From assembly GCF_009914755.1 (NCBI RefSeq), contig NC_060925.1: a stretch of DNA of 64,000 bases; one strand, 5' to 3'. Under the pieces are notes generated by a model. It was not told where the DNA came from and did no database searches. It saw only the letters and a list, made by a program, of their open reading frames with translations. The stretch is from the human T2T-CHM13v2.0 reference genome, Homo sapiens. Positions 12,786 through 32,309 of this stretch are shown in pieces; position 1 is the stretch's first letter; each line of letters begins with the position of its first letter. A program made the position numbers and the translations under genes.

Positions 12786-13302
12786 TTCCTTCTCATGTGG
12801 ATACAAGTAAACTGCCTAACATGGGTGGTAAATACAAAAATGTGAAAATCTTAGAAAGAGGTATGTAAAGTAATGTGAATTGGCACCTTTCCAATCATGA
12901 ACAAAGGTATTTGTCCTTTTCAAAACCTTAAAAGGGAGAAATAATCATCTGCCAAATAATTTCATCAAGGATATCAAAAACAATTCCAGCTAAAGGAGAA
13001 AAATCAACATAACTGAAATGGAAGAAAAAAAGGTTTACTAAGATGGCATTGATGAATACAAACCTGTATCACACTGAGGTCAACATAGCTGTCTGCAAAG
13101 GTTAAGAGTTCAGTCCAAGCACCATAAACACTGACAGGAATGAAGATGAGAGAGTGCCTTTGAGACTGTGCACTTACTTTCTATTCTTGTAGGTTCTGGT
13201 CTGATGCAAAAGATATTCAATGACAGAAACTACTCCTTAGCCAAATATGAAAGTGCATAAATTGGATGGCAAAGGAAAGGCCTAGAGTATTTATATATCA
13301 TC

Positions 13303-13664
13303 TGATATGGCTTGGTTGTGTTCCCACTCAAATCTCATCTTGAATTATAGCTCCCATAATCCCCATGTGTCGTGGGAGGGACCCAGTGGGAGGTAATTGA
13401 ATGATGGGGATTAGTCTTTCCCATGCTGTTCGCATGATAGTGAATAAGTTTCATAAGATCTGATGGCTTTACAAAAGGGAGTTCCACTGTACACATTCTC
13501 TTGCCTGCCACCATATAAGATGTGACTTTGCTCCTCATTTGCCTTCCACCATGATTGTGAGGCCTCCAGCCATGTGGAACCGTGAGTCAATTAAACCTCT
13601 TTCCTTTATAAATTACCCAGTATTGTGTACGTCTTTATTAGCAGTGTGAGAACAAACTAATACA
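13303..13664 (+). mobile_element. THE1 (THE1B-like) MaLR solo LTR
   Basis: TGATATGG ... CTAATACA termini, perfect 5-bp TSD TCATC (13298-13302, 13665-13669), ATTAAA at 13590. Confidence 0.95.
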
Positions 13665-15079
13665 TCATCAAACAACTGGTAGATTGAAGACTTCAGACCT
13701 ATTCAGTATTGAAAACTGGCAGATATAACATCTGAAAAGAAAAAAAAAAATACCCTAAAATCATTCCATTTATTCAGAGTAATGTGTTACTAGATATGCA
13801 ACACTGAAATGTGGAGCATGGGAGTGCAGCTAGAATAAGTTTTTCCTTTTATAAAATATCATTTATGAGAAAATGCATCTATGGGATCTAATGAAATTTG
13901 ATACAGTAACTCAGAAAAAATACAATAAATTAATTAATTTACAATCAAGTTCAAGAAAGGAAGCCATATAAATAATATAATTCATGTGTAATAAATATAA
14001 AATCAGACTTCTTCAAAATTAGAATTGTGGGGCACTTTTACATAGTCTCAACAAGTGAAAATTATATATCAAATAACTGGTCTGTGAAAAATATTTTCTT
14101 TTGTACTCTGATCCAAGGTCAGCTTAGCCCAAATTCAGACAATTGGGTTGGACAATTTAAAATTAGTTGACAGAAAGAAATTGGTAGTGTGAAAGTTAAA
14201 ACTTCAAAATAAACATGATGAAGGTATTTGTGATAAATTAAATCATCCCTTGATGACTATAAATGACTCACAAAAATATAGTTTACATTGATCTCATTTG
14301 GACAGTAGTTTACTTACTTTGCTAACCTTAACTGTATATTAAGGATATGTACTCATTGTCAAGACAAGGGAGATTTGGGAATTTCAGAGAGCCATTTGTT
14401 TACTTGTAAATGTTAAAATTTCTATAGACAGGCTACACAGTATATATTATCTATATTCATTCTTATTATTTGGCAAATACATTTAACAGATAGTTTTTGC
14501 TGAAAGAAAGCTGTAATTGTATAATTTCCTATGCTTACCTTTGTTCAAATGTCTCAACAATTGAACAATACAAACAATTTATGATACATGTTTTCTATTG
14601 TGCTTCACATTCTTTAGAATATGTTAAGGAAAAGTGTGATCTTCTGGTATGTAAAACCTACCATGGTGAGAACAAAGAATATACTCTGGGTCAAAGAAAC
14701 CAAAAAAAGCAATTAAAAAAGAAACAAGCGAATACATTTAAAAATTCATATTTTCAGCATTTGATTAGTGAAGTGCCATGAAAATCGTATTTTGGTCAAA
14801 TGTTTGTATAATCAGCAAGAATACACAACTTTATACACAAGAAATTCCTGCTTTGAAGATTAAGCTTCATAGCTAGGATTTGTTTCAAAAAGAGAACCAT
14901 AGGGACTTCCCAAATTGAAGCCCATGTCTCAAAAGCTGGGCTTGGCTTGCCCAAAAAAGCTTTCGGTATCATTTCTTATAAAGGAATTTACCATGAGCTT
15001 TGGTCAACAATACAGAGATTAGGAATCAAGATGGCAGTTTTAACAGTAGTGGAAAAATAAAAGAGAACCTGTAACCAAA

Positions 15080-15282
15080 ATATAGCAGAAAGACTGTGCA
15101 CTTTGAAGTCGGCGGTATCGAGGCGTAATCCCAGCTCTGCCACTTCAAAACACTGCAATGATTAACAAGTTATTTCTAAACATCAATTTTTTCATTATAA
15201 AATAGGGACAATATCTACCTCATAGTGTTTTAAAATAGCTAGCAGTGTCTGGCACATAGTAGATATTCAATAAATGTTAGTT
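15080..15282 (+). mobile_element. MIR SINE
   Basis: AATCCCAGCTCTGCCACTT ... TGGCACATAGTAGATATTCAATAAATGTTAG. Confidence 0.8.
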
Positions 15283-15404
15283 CTTGGTCCCTTTATCTTA
15301 AATGGTTCTAGAAATAACTTGTTTGAATGTGTGTTTATTAAGGTATCAACTCTCATATCTTTGTTACAAGTAAGTTTCAAATAATACCTTTAAAGAACAC
15401 TTAA

Positions 15405-15960
<556 letters not shown>

Positions 15961-17949
15961 TCAGCCACCTGAGATCTGATTAGGTAGGAAGGAAACATTA
16001 GGTCACCAGAAATAATTTGTGGGTTGAAAATTGAGAATTGACATGATCCTACTTTTAACTTTATATTTATTTATCTTTCTGACTTATCTGAAAAATATAA
16101 CAAGGAAAACGGTTCTCATATTTGAATATTTTCCTGGTATTTTATATTTATTTTTATTTTTTGATGCTTGAAAAATATACCATCAAACTACAGGTACAGA
16201 ATCTCATACTAACCTTCCATACTGCCAGAGTAACATCTCTCAGGAATGTCTCCCCACCTCCAGGTTTCAAATTAGGCAATAAGTAGCTGGGAAGTCCAGC
16301 ACAGTACAGGAACTTCTTGCTAGGAATTCTTGTGCACCATCTGTGACATTCATGTGCTGCCTGCAACAGGCAGCTAACACAAATATGTAACCATCCTCAA
16401 AGCACTCATGCAACTGAGAGTACTTTGTTGGATGAAGAGACCATGCCCCGACCTCAGTATCAGCTAACTGCAAGGGAACGGACCACAGATACAAGACTCT
16501 CTGGCAGTGTTATGGAGAGTGGCTTAGTACAGGAGCATTTGCCATAGGTCAGGAGGAAATTAAAATAGCACAAGCTGGAAGTAATGAGTGTTGGATCTGA
16601 GACGGAAGCCATGGGAAAGCAAAGGAATCTAAAGATTACAGATTTATGGTAGAGGTGAAATTGACTGGATCTGGTAACTGATCCCAAGTAAGGGTGAGAA
16701 GAAGAAAAAATGGAAAGATGTCAATCAGCCTTGTTGTCAGGGTAGATAATGATGCACACAATAAGATGCACATAAAGATGTTGAAACTGATTTCAACCAT
16801 TTTGTTTGAAATGCCAGCTAAATAATCGTCTTTATAGGAAACTGTGAAGAATATGGTAGAGGGCATTTGGAAATTTCATGAACCTTAGTATCTTTTAGAA
16901 GCTTTGTTTGATACACCTCTCCTCTTAGACCAGGTTAGGTACTGCCTTTCTGTGTTCCTATCACACTTGTTTTCTTCCTTATCTTAACACTTATTTCCTT
17001 TTATTGGAACTTTTTAAATTCTGCCACCTCACTTAGAATGTAGGCTGGGCAAGATAAAGGACCAGGACCATTTTGCTAACCTTAGTACCATTACACCAAG
17101 CATAGAGCCTAATAAATAGAAAGTGTTGAAAAACTGTTGAATGATTAACCATTCATTTAGACCCTTTAGAAGTTGGAAAGGGCTAGATGTAAATTTCAGG
17201 AAAACAAAAGGTTATAGCTGTGGGATTAAATGACTGCTTCATGTAGAGAGTTCAATTAGAAATAGCAGTGGGGGTAAAACATTAATACAGGATTAGGAGC
17301 CATTAGGAAAAGGAGAGAGGGGTAATCATGGAGATAAGAGAAAAGGGACAATTTTAGATAGTACAAGATGTCAAAAGTATCAGTTACCTTAAAAAATCTA
17401 GGACACTGGGAGAAGATAATGATATTAGAGGCATTTGAAAGGTGGTGGGCAATGAATAGCACTGGCAGAGCAAAAATAAAAGGTCTCATTATTAGTCCAA
17501 AACTGGGAAGAATGAGTTTGAGAAAAATGTAGAGAGCATCTTCATAGCTCCTATAATCACTGGATTCTTTAATTCAGTGTTTTCCTAAAGGAAAACTCTG
17601 GAATTCTGGTCAAGTGAGATATGCCATGGAAAAAGACTCTCTGATGAAAGAAGTCTGGGTAAGATTGAGTATTATCTCTCACTTTTAGGGATCCTGAAAA
17701 TTAATTAGACTTACCCATTAACATACAGAGAAAATCATATTTCCTGGACTTTATTTTGAGGTACTCTGCTTTGATTGTGTAACAGCAAATTGGCTTATAT
17801 TCTCTAATTATAAAAGGTACAGGAGTGAATATTGTCAGTATTTAACTCTGAAATGTTTCTGGTTCAGATGACTCTTTGGAAGTGATATATTCATTGAGGT
17901 CATCACAGTGCTTTGAGCAGTAGTGATAATACTGTATTTTAACGTTTCT

Positions 17950-19616
<1,667 letters not shown>

Positions 19617-21061
19617 GGTCAGGGAGGGATTTGAAGGATGGGAGCTACTAGAGCCGGTGTCCATGATAAGGGAATAATCTGGTACAGAGGAAAAGTAGAT
19701 GTTGCAAAATAGAAGGATCTAATTGTGTGAACAAAGTCCTAGCACTTGGCTTAGGGCCTGGCAGAGGTAGGAGCTCAGTATGAGCCTGCTGAATTACAAT
19801 AAATTACTTAAACTCAGCAGGTAACAGAACTGGGATTTAACTCCTCGTCTCTGACTCCTAGTTTAGTTCTCAAGTCACTAGACCGTGCTGTCCATAGCCC
19901 TTAGTCCAGTCTACTTCTCATCTATAAAGTCATTTCTCCCAGGTTCCATCAGTAGCCCTACTGCTTTAGATGCAGAAACCCCTGATTCAATTTCTTGCTG
20001 GAATGGATTTCTCACAAATAAGGATAATCCTCCATTTCATGTTTACTCACTTGGTTGACTTCCTGTTTTCCACACTCTTCCCACAACAGGCTTTGCAGTT
20101 TTTATTTTCTGAGACATTCCAATAAATGAGAGTTGGTATTGTGACCGAGTACCTCCCGAAATGCATAATTTTTCCCCTTTATCATTTTTGAAACGAATGA
20201 ATGAATTGCAAAGGAGCTACATTAATGAGATGTTTAATTTGAGGTTTTAATTTTGCAAATGTTGGGAAGCATAATTAAGGTTCAGGCAGTATCATAAGTG
20301 TCTTCAGGAATACAAAATAACTGTTTTTGCATCTAGAGTTTCTGGGAACATTTTCTGCCTAAACACAAGCCACTTATAGCTGTTTTCCTGTGTTCTAAAA
20401 GCACCCCAGGCACTGTGAAGACACAGAACATGTGGTACTCATAGAGGTGGCAAATAATCAGCATGGCTGTCATTGTGACGATTAGCAGAAAGCAGTGTGC
20501 TGAGAGGAGTGAAGGTATAGGTGAAAGGCAGCGGGCACTGGCTTATATTTATTTTATTCTCATAATTGCAGGGCAGTTTTCTTCAATTTTATTCTATATG
20601 CTATCTCAGATAATTAAAGCAGTGGAGAAGGACAGGAATATTGAGTTAGTTAGGGATATAGATAGGATGGAAAAGCATTCTGGACAAAAAAAAAATGAGC
20701 ATAGAAAGGATTTGAAAACTTAAGAAACAAATTATTCTCAAGCATTTTCTTTGTATCAGCATACCATATAATTTAAAAAAAAGGAGAAAGAAAAATTTAT
20801 ATGGGCCTGGAACATCTATCAAAAGAACGTGAGCTTACTTTATGGGGTGGAGAAAGGGCTACTTGTGTTCAAGCACCTGAAATCACTGTTTCTTTAACAG
20901 ACCACAAAAGGACTAGAAATAGAAATTAATTTTCCAGGCAATTTCTATCTCTTGTGCTATGTCTAAACACACAAGCCAGTTTGAACAAAAAATAAGGTGG
21001 ATCAAGTAACAAATATTTACAAAATTGCTATTTTGACTTTTTTTGGAATAGTATTATACAG

Positions 21062-21416
21062 CAGCAGTACCCAAACTTTTTGGCACCAGGGAGCAGTTTT
21101 GTGGAAGACAATTTTTCCACAGAAGGTGGGGAAGTGGGGGATGGGGGCCCTGAGGGGAGGCAAGGCCAGGAGGGGAATAGTTTCAGGATGAAACTATTTC
21201 ACCTCAGATCATTGATCATTAGAGATTTGCTCATAAGGATCACACAACCTAGATCCCTTGCATGCATAGTTCACAATAGGGTTTGTGCTCCTATGAGAAT
21301 CTAATGACCCTGCTGATCTGACAGGAGGCGGAGCTCAGGTGGTAATACTGACCTGCTTGCCACTCATCTCCTGCTGTGCAGCCCAGTTTCTAACAGGCCA
21401 CAGGTTGGGACCCCTG
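21062..21416 (+). mobile_element. MER1B (hAT-Charlie)
   Basis: TTTTTGGCACCAGGGA ... GTGGAAGACAATTTTTCCAC ... GGTTGGGACCCCTG. 8-bp TSD TTATACAG/TCATACAG. Confidence 0.9.
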
Positions 21417-21820
21417 TCATACAGCCATGGGATAAAAATAGTGAAACTCTATTGATTTATTGGACTTGTATTAGGGTAAACCGTATGAAACTGCCTTTGG
21501 TCAAATATTGATCAAAATGGTTGCAAATCAACAATATTATCTGGTTCAAGGTAATGCTATCTTTAAGCTAATGGGAAAACCTCCTCTTATGATCAAAATC
21601 AATTAATATGCATTTATTCCATATTCAGGACTGCACCAGATGTTTCAAATCAGTGGTTAGAAAGCTTTTAGGTGTTGCAATCTCTTTTAGTATTAAAAAT
21701 TAGGAAGACCTCAAGGAATGCTGTTGAATTTTTAGAGTCTGTCTCTTTTAGAGCGTGCTTAACCATGCTTCCCTAAAGTGAATAACTCTTATAAATAATT
21801 TTTATATTTTATTTACTATA

Positions 21821-22727
<907 letters not shown>

Positions 22728-22730
22728 ACC

Positions 22731-22748
22731 TGGTGGCCTATATGGGGA
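22731..22748 (+). promoter_or_regulatory. Primer-binding site, tRNA-Ile type
   Basis: TGGTGGCCTATATGGGGA vs TGGTGGCCCGTACGGGGA; differences only at the two CpGs. Confidence 0.8.
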
Positions 22749-23186
22749 ACTCTGTGCCTGCATGGAGTGGGACTCCAGCCGAGAGGGGAGATGCATCCCA
22801 CCTGATTTAGGTGGCCTGCTCTGCCCAAGTGTCTTGTCTCCCTGCAGAACCCATAGACAAACCTGAGACTGTTATTCAGGAGATGATGAAAGTGACACAG
22901 GGAGAAAAGCTGGCACCCCAGCAACTGGGCAACCTCGTGTTTGAGCCAAGGTAGGAAAACTGGACTATGTGTACTGCCTTGGTGGTTCAGCATTTTCAGA
23001 GGTTGAGTGTGTGTGACTGAGATGTATCTAAGATACGAAGCGAGTGCAGAGTCCCAATCCGTGGTTATGTCCTCCCACAAGGGAAACAGCTGGAGACAGA
23101 TGAAGTGATTCTCAGGGCATGCAGGAAACCTCCAGTGCGGGGGCTGAGTACACAGGGAAAAGCTCAGACACAGAGACTAACTGAAA

Positions 23187-24420
23187 ATGTGAAATAAGAA
23201 TTCTAGGCCTAGGGAACAGAGGAAAGAGGGAACTGAAGAGACTCCCTCTGAAATTCCCCCAGAGGGAAAAGCAGAAGATGATAAAATATTGCTGTTTTAT
23301 CTGGCCCAAAGAGCCCATTCATCAGCCTTTGGGCTCTTGGCCTAAGTTTGGCTCAGATGAGGATTGAGTGTGCCAAGCTTTAATTCTTTATGTGAATAAT
23401 AAAACCCCATCCTCACAAGAGGAGATGGGTTATGCTCTTTGTTGGATTAGTGAATTAACCCTCATGCTCCCCCTTAAAGAGGAAGAAAAAGAGCATAATA
23501 AATAGCCTTCTCTCAATGAAAAGCTCTGGGATCCCCTAACATGCTTGCCCCATCTCAAACATCTCACAAAGTAGAGGACAGGGAGATCAGAGGGCAGCAG
23601 GAAGGCCAGAGTAAGAGTAATCTGGGGGTCATGAAGGAGCTAAACCCAATGCTCCTTTAAACCCTTATCCAAACTTGAGGAAAGAATTAGAAAAATGTAA
23701 GAGAGACATTGAGAATTTCCCCGTTCCTTCTAAACAGCAGATGTCTAACAGGTACCCTCTTAGAGAAGTCCCTGTGGGACAGGGAGAAGTTGGATTTGTG
23801 AGTGCACTTCTAAAAAGTACTGAGGTTAGGAATTTTAAAAAGAGAATGAGGCCACTCTTGGAAGATCACCTCGGTTTATCAGAGCAGCTAGATTAATTGT
23901 TAGGACCCAATTTTTATACTTGGGCTGAGATAATGTCAATCATGAATATTCTGTTTACTGGGGAAGAGGGGAATGATTAGAAGGACAGCCATGACCATTT
24001 GGGAGAGACAGCATCCGCCCGGGCAAGGAGTCCTGCCAGCTGAGCAGAAATTCCCAAATGCACATCCCGGATGGGATAATAATGACCCCAGGAAATGGGT
24101 TCAAATACAAGTCCTTAGGGAGCTAATAATTAGAGGGATTAGAGTCCACTCCTAGGGCACAGAATGTCCCAAAAGCATTTGAGAACCAACAAGAAAAAGA
24201 GGAGATTCCTCCTGCTTCTGCAGAGGCTCAGGGATCAAATGAGAAAATATTCAGGATTAGATCCAGAGGACCCAGTAGGGCAAGGCCTCTTAGAGGTTAA
24301 TTTTGTGACTAAAAGCTAGCCTGATATTACTAAGAAGCTGCAAAAGACTGATGGATGGAATGAGAAAACGATTGAGGAATTACTGAGGGAAGCTCAGAAG
24401 GTTTTTGTAAGGAGAGAAAG
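23187..24420 (+). pseudogene. ERV gag remnant (MA/CA)
   Basis: ATG at 23187 followed by TGA (probably a former Gly codon). YPLREVPVGQGEVGFV; QKFPNAHPGWDNND...LRELIIRG; MHR-like segment near 24185-24265. Confidence 0.8.
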
Positions 24421-24559
24421 TGTTAAGCTGCTGACCCTGAAGGCAGGGGAAAGCCAGCCATGCAGCTGTGTGTGGGAGCTGACTGCTGAAAGTTGTTGAT
24501 GAAAGCTGCTGCTGAAATGACACGGGGGAGCCAGGGCACACCACAGCTCGGCTCAGGCA

Positions 24560-24790
24560 CAGAGAGAGAAAGAGGAAGAAACCGAGTATGAGGGAGAAAG
24601 GAAACATGATGACAGAGAGAGAGAGACAGAAGAAGAAAATGAGTGAGAGAAAGACTGAAAAAGACAGAAATTAAAGAGATACACAGAAGGTGAGACTGGA
24701 GAGAGAGAGATAATGTAAAAGGAAGAGTACAAGAGGAAGAAAGAGAAAGAGAGAGAATGGCAATAAATGACAGGAGGCAAAGAGACAAAA
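24560..24790. repeat. GA-rich low-complexity block within the provirus
   Basis: Degenerate (GA)n/(GAAA)n purine tract. Confidence 0.9.
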
Positions 24791-24800
24791 GTACAAGTAA

Positions 24801-27120
<2,320 letters not shown>

Positions 27121-27134
27121 CCCAGAAGGAAGCT

Positions 27135-28358
27135 ATGGGCAGGCTCTGTTATTGGGGGTGGATGTGGTTAGGATTAATTCTACTACCAAGAGTGAGAGGG
27201 TTCACAATTATTGGATGGAGCACAATAGAAAAAGAATATCCAATCAAACTAATAGTCAACATAACTAGAACCTTCACCCCTCAGACCATAAAATTTGATG
27301 TCTACCAAGTCTTACATTGTGGGAATTTAGGGAACCAAAGGCAGATGTCACAAGCAAACAAATATCTATGTCCTGAAACAGGTCGCTATTGGGGAAAGCC
27401 CTGTGCTGGCTGGAATGAGGTCTAGTGGACCACCCAGTTTTGAGGCTGGGTGAGCCATTCTTCCAAAAACAAACCCTTAAAGAATAAAATACATTTGTAT
27501 AAGGGCCCTATGCCACCTAACTGTAGAAATTTATAATGCAATCCTATATTAATTACCATAAACAATCCAGCTACTCTAGACCAGGAACCTTGGAGGTATG
27601 GATTAGGAATAGACATCTGAGGAAGGGATCCCATGGGATGGTTAGCTTTTAGGCTAGTCACCAACTCCACCCAAACCCACCTAGGATTACTATAACTACC
27701 GATCCCACTACTTCCTTTAATCCACCATACAATGACCCTAAGAGAGTAGAAATAATTAAGGTAACTGACTTGAGGCTGACTTTACAAATTTAGACTGGAT
27801 ATGGGGATGTAAATACCTAGGTTGAATGGTCCAAATTTTCGGTACTAGCTCTTAATGAGAGCAACTGTTATGCATGATCTCCTGGGCGGCCTGAGGCACA
27901 GGTGGTTCCATTTCCCCTAGGATAGTATATCAATCGCAACCAAATGCACTGCATGTTGGCTCTATACTAGGACAGGGATGCATGGGGAAATGAGACTTGC
28001 AAAAGTCTATCATTGCTCTTTCCCACCTTGCAGAAATCAGACCCTACAGCAATTCCCTCCTTCTCCATAGGAAATATGAACCACTCCTCTTGCTTCTCTA
28101 GGGAGGGGGCAGAGTTCAATAAGCTCATGAGAGAACTCTCAACTTATACCCACATCCTAAACATTACTGGTGAGTCAAACAAAGGCAACTACTTGACTCT
28201 TCATGTACCCCAGGCTGATGTCTGGTGGTATTGTGGAAAGAGGAACCTCCATGAGCTACTACCATTCAATTGGACTGGGATTTGTGCCTTAGTTCAATTG
28301 GCCATTCCATTCACCCTGGCATTCCATAAGATTCCTGAGAATCCACATGGCCACCAAA
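27135..28358 (+). pseudogene. ERV env remnant (signal peptide and SU only)
   Basis: MGRLCYWGWMWLGLILL; KYLCP; WWYCGK..LPFNWTGICALVQLAIPF. Homology stops before a furin site/TM. Confidence 0.85.
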
Positions 28359-29929
28359 TAATTTTAAGTCTAAGAGAAAGTTGACCTTGGTAGTACTTGG
28401 AAAAGGGATGTCAAGAATATTGGAAAGTTTTAAAGTCTTTAATTCAATATTCACTTTCTTACTTTTCAAAGTTGACAATGAGCCTAATACTAAAGGCAAT
28501 TTTTAGGTAGTTGTTCTGTACTGGCAAAGGCATTAAGTAAGTGAGGGTAGCCTCTATACCTATAGAAAAGCTTTCGTAGAAACATAGATATCTTCCTATA
28601 AATCATTCAAGCCCATATGTGTGCATGCATATGACACATCAAATGCCATATATGGTTGATTTTCTAGGTCATGCAATTCTGGTACTTTGTACAGTTCTTT
28701 GCAATGTTCTAAAGCTTTTTTTAATGCATTCACAGTGGGAAGAAAAATGTTTTTCAAACTTTTTATTTATTGGTTTCAATACTTTACTGTATAATTCAGA
28801 CCATTGTTATTTACAAGTGGTATTGAATCTTTAATAACACTATCAGTGAGAAGGCATGTACCTGTCTGCATTTTGTAACAAAAAAGAAAATATATAAATA
28901 GCTTGCCATTGTTTGGTAAATTCTACTGTTCAGTTATTGGGAAGCTAAATAATCCATACTCCATTTGAACAAGTTAGAAAAGAATATTTAATGAGCTACA
29001 GAGGGAAGTACTTTTAGAGTACTAAACATTTTCACAAATGTTGCTGGAGAGGCAATTGCTCAAATATAATTCTCCCATTAGGAGGTTAAGAGAGATAATA
29101 ACAGCTTAACACAGAGAAAATAACAGAAGAAATAAGATGTCAAATATGATCAGATTCGTCTTTGCCATGTAAATTCAAACCATAAAATTGCTATGTAATT
29201 AATTCAAATCTCTTCTTATTTTATGTTTCAATATTTAATTCTTCAAGCAAAGGTCTGCCATTACCTCTAGGATCTGGATCACCCATAGTATTTGCATCTG
29301 GAGGGGAGCTCATTACTTTAACAGGGAAGAATGCAATTTCAGGTGTATGCTTACTTCTGCCATCCTAAAAGGTATTGATGGAAATGATACAAAGTTAAAT
29401 TTTATATATATATATTTTGAATATTGAATAATAAACTTAAGTTGGAATAATCTGGTTCTCATCCTTTAGAGTTTTTTAGTTTATTTCTTCATTTTATAAT
29501 AGCTAAATTTTGTTCCACCATAAAGAATTATCCAAGTGTAGACAGACAAAAACACAACGGGGTCAAGTGATCTGACTTCTTGAATCAACTCTTGCAGTAA
29601 TTATGTGACTTTTGAAAAGGATGGAATGGGGCGGTAGTAAGAAGTTATTTCAGTAGACAACCCAGGAAGCCTAATGCCTGCTTTCATGGTGATTATACTG
29701 CTCTTCTTTTACAAGTTCCTCAGGAATAGTTATGTAGAGAGAACTATGACAAAGCAAGGAATAGTAAGATATTATTAGCTGTGGATCTACCTCCAAAACC
29801 CACTGAAAAAAATGTGTTTCTGGTTTGGACCATTTGGAGAAAACTCATTTTTCTCCTATTCTGGAATTACACGGAAGTCTTGAACCATGGCAAGTTGAAT
29901 CAAAACTCGAATGTGTAATTATTACCCCT

Positions 29930-30560
29930 TCCCCAATACTGATATGTGATTCCATGGATTAGACTTGCCTATTTTTAACTCTATATATGTAGATTCATAG
30001 ACAATTTTCATATCTGGTTTATTTTGTTAAACTTTTTTGGTAGAGTCTTCAATTTTAACATTTTAACCCACTTCTGAACTATTCAGGTTGCTGGCAGAAA
30101 CAGTTCTTGTGGTTGTAGGACTGAAGTCCCTGTTTCCCTTCTGGCTATCAGCTGGAGGCTTCCCTTATCTTCTAGAGTAAGCTTGTCCACCCCACAGCCC
30201 ACAGGCTACATGTGGCCCAGGACAGCTTTGCTTTGAATGTGGCCTAACACAAATGTGTAAACTTTCTTAAAACATTATGAGTTTTTATTTTTTTTTAGCT
30301 CATCAGCTATCATTAGTGTTAGTGTATTTTATGTGTGGCCCAAGACAATTCTTCTTCCAATGGAATTTTAACAACTCTGTAGTATTCCACTCATATTCAT
30401 AATATGAAATTCCATCATTATTTTTTCATTCTAATGATGATAGATATTTAAACTATTTCTGTAATAAGAATATGCTACTCTCAGCATTTTTTACATGTCT
30501 CTTGGTGTGTTCTATCTATGTGCTTCTGGGTATTTTATTTAGGAATGCAATAGGAAGATT
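29930..30560 (-). mobile_element. Old L1M 3' fragment hosting a duplicated insert
   Basis: TTGCCTATTTTTAACTCTATATA ... TGTAGTATTCCA ... TTTTACATGTCTCTTGGTG. Confidence 0.6.
30065..30362. repeat. Direct copy of 33513-33815 (MLT1D/MER30 junction)
   Basis: Same chimeric junction, roughly 90% identical. Flanked by AATTTTAACA at 30051-30060 and 30364-30373. Confidence 0.95.
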
Positions 30561-31905
30561 TCCAAAGAGAAAAAGTGACCCATAATTCTGGAGTCACATC
30601 TCCTGGTTTCATTCTCATTCTGGATCATAGCCCCTTAATTCTTCACTGTATTTAGCTGTTTTCGAACCTTCAAAAAATATTTTATACAGTTCCTCTCAGA
30701 AGTAGTTTTCATCTGTTATTATCAATAGTAAAAATCTCACGGTACATCCTCTTTAAGTGATTTTAACTTATAAACATCAAGCTTGAGGTTCATAAAATAG
30801 AGTTATATTTTGTTCCAAATTTTCTAGTTCTGAAGTAACATTTGTTCTCTCCCGTGTTACTGCCAAACTTTCAGTATGTCAATACTAATTAAATTAGACA
30901 TCGTTGAACATAAAGTGGGGTTCAATAGACATTTGATTTATTATTATTGTCTACTATTAACATTAGATTCAAACCCATAACAAGTTATCAGAGGGGCAAA
31001 AACAATACTATACTGGCTGTAGCTACCAAAATATATACATGAAAAATGAAAATGAACCAGTGGCTTTGTTTACATAAGCTAAATATTTGTATTTGGGGAC
31101 ACACCTAGATAATTGACTGAAGTTTCATTCTTATATGAATCTTTGGCATCATGTATGCAAACTCATGGAACTTCTGCTCCTTGTTAAGAATTCTTGTACA
31201 TAGTTAATGAGAAACATAGTTGAAAGACTTGGCTGAAGTCCATGCTAATCACATTACCATGGATAATGAAGAGAGAGCTGAGTATTTGTTTTTAAATTTT
31301 ACTTCTTATGCTTCATTTTGCCTGCATCCTGTTCTTATTACCACCATTTGAGTAAATAATTGAAATTTCTTCGGTCCTTTTTATGTGTTGTCTATTTAGT
31401 AATGTGTGTTAGTTAAGAACCTGGACCCCACTGCCCACCCCAATGTCCTTTAATTTGAGCTGGATTGACTACTTCATACATAAAAAGTCAGGAGATTTGG
31501 ATATAGATTGTAAGAAGAAAATGCCTCTCACCTAAGAACAAGAGGTAATGTGTATCTGAGTCACCTAGAAAGCTTTCATTAAATATGAATTATTACATCC
31601 ATCCTTTTCATCACCACCAAGGGTAAATCAGAATTTATATCTTCCCCATCCCCAAACCTATCAAGACCCACAACCTTAGGAAATATTGGCTCAATATTGC
31701 TGTATGAGTTGTTTTTTGTTTCTCTATCTATTGCTCTATCCCTTCTATCTCTTCTTGCCCGTTTAATTTCATCAGGTTTGACAGCTTAACTTTTCATACC
31801 CAGTTTCTCTTAACTTGTCTCCTTCCTCCCAAGAACTTGATATCTTAAATATTTGACTGTGCTTGCTAAAATCTAAGTCACCCGTCTAATTCTCTTGGCC
31901 TATGA

Positions 31906-32092
31906 CAGTAGTTCTCACACTTCAGCATACATCAGAATCATCTGGACAGATTGTTAAAGCACTGATTTCTGGACTTCACTCCTGAGTTTCTGATTCAGTA
32001 CGTATTAGTTGGGGCCAAAATATTGTATTGCTAACAAGTTCCCAGGTGAGACTAATGCTGCTGATTTGGGAACCACACTTTGAGAACCTCTG
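31906..32092. mobile_element. MER5A (hAT-Charlie)
   Basis: CAGTAGTTCTCA ... ACCACACTTTGAGAACCTCTG. TSD GCCTATGA/GCCTATGC. Confidence 0.9.
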
Positions 32093-32309
32093 GCCTATGC
32101 TGATCTCCCAGACTATGGACTCATTTTACCTAATTTCACTTCTCTATGCTTCATCCTCTTTATGAATCTCCTATAATTGTGGCTCTGATTCTTATTTATG
32201 TTTATAGACCACTATAATCCTGCTAAGTAAACTCCTGGTTATGATTCCGCTTCTCCTAGCCCTAAGGGGCAACCAGAGCTCTGTTAACTGATTTGATGAT
32301 TGGTTGCTT

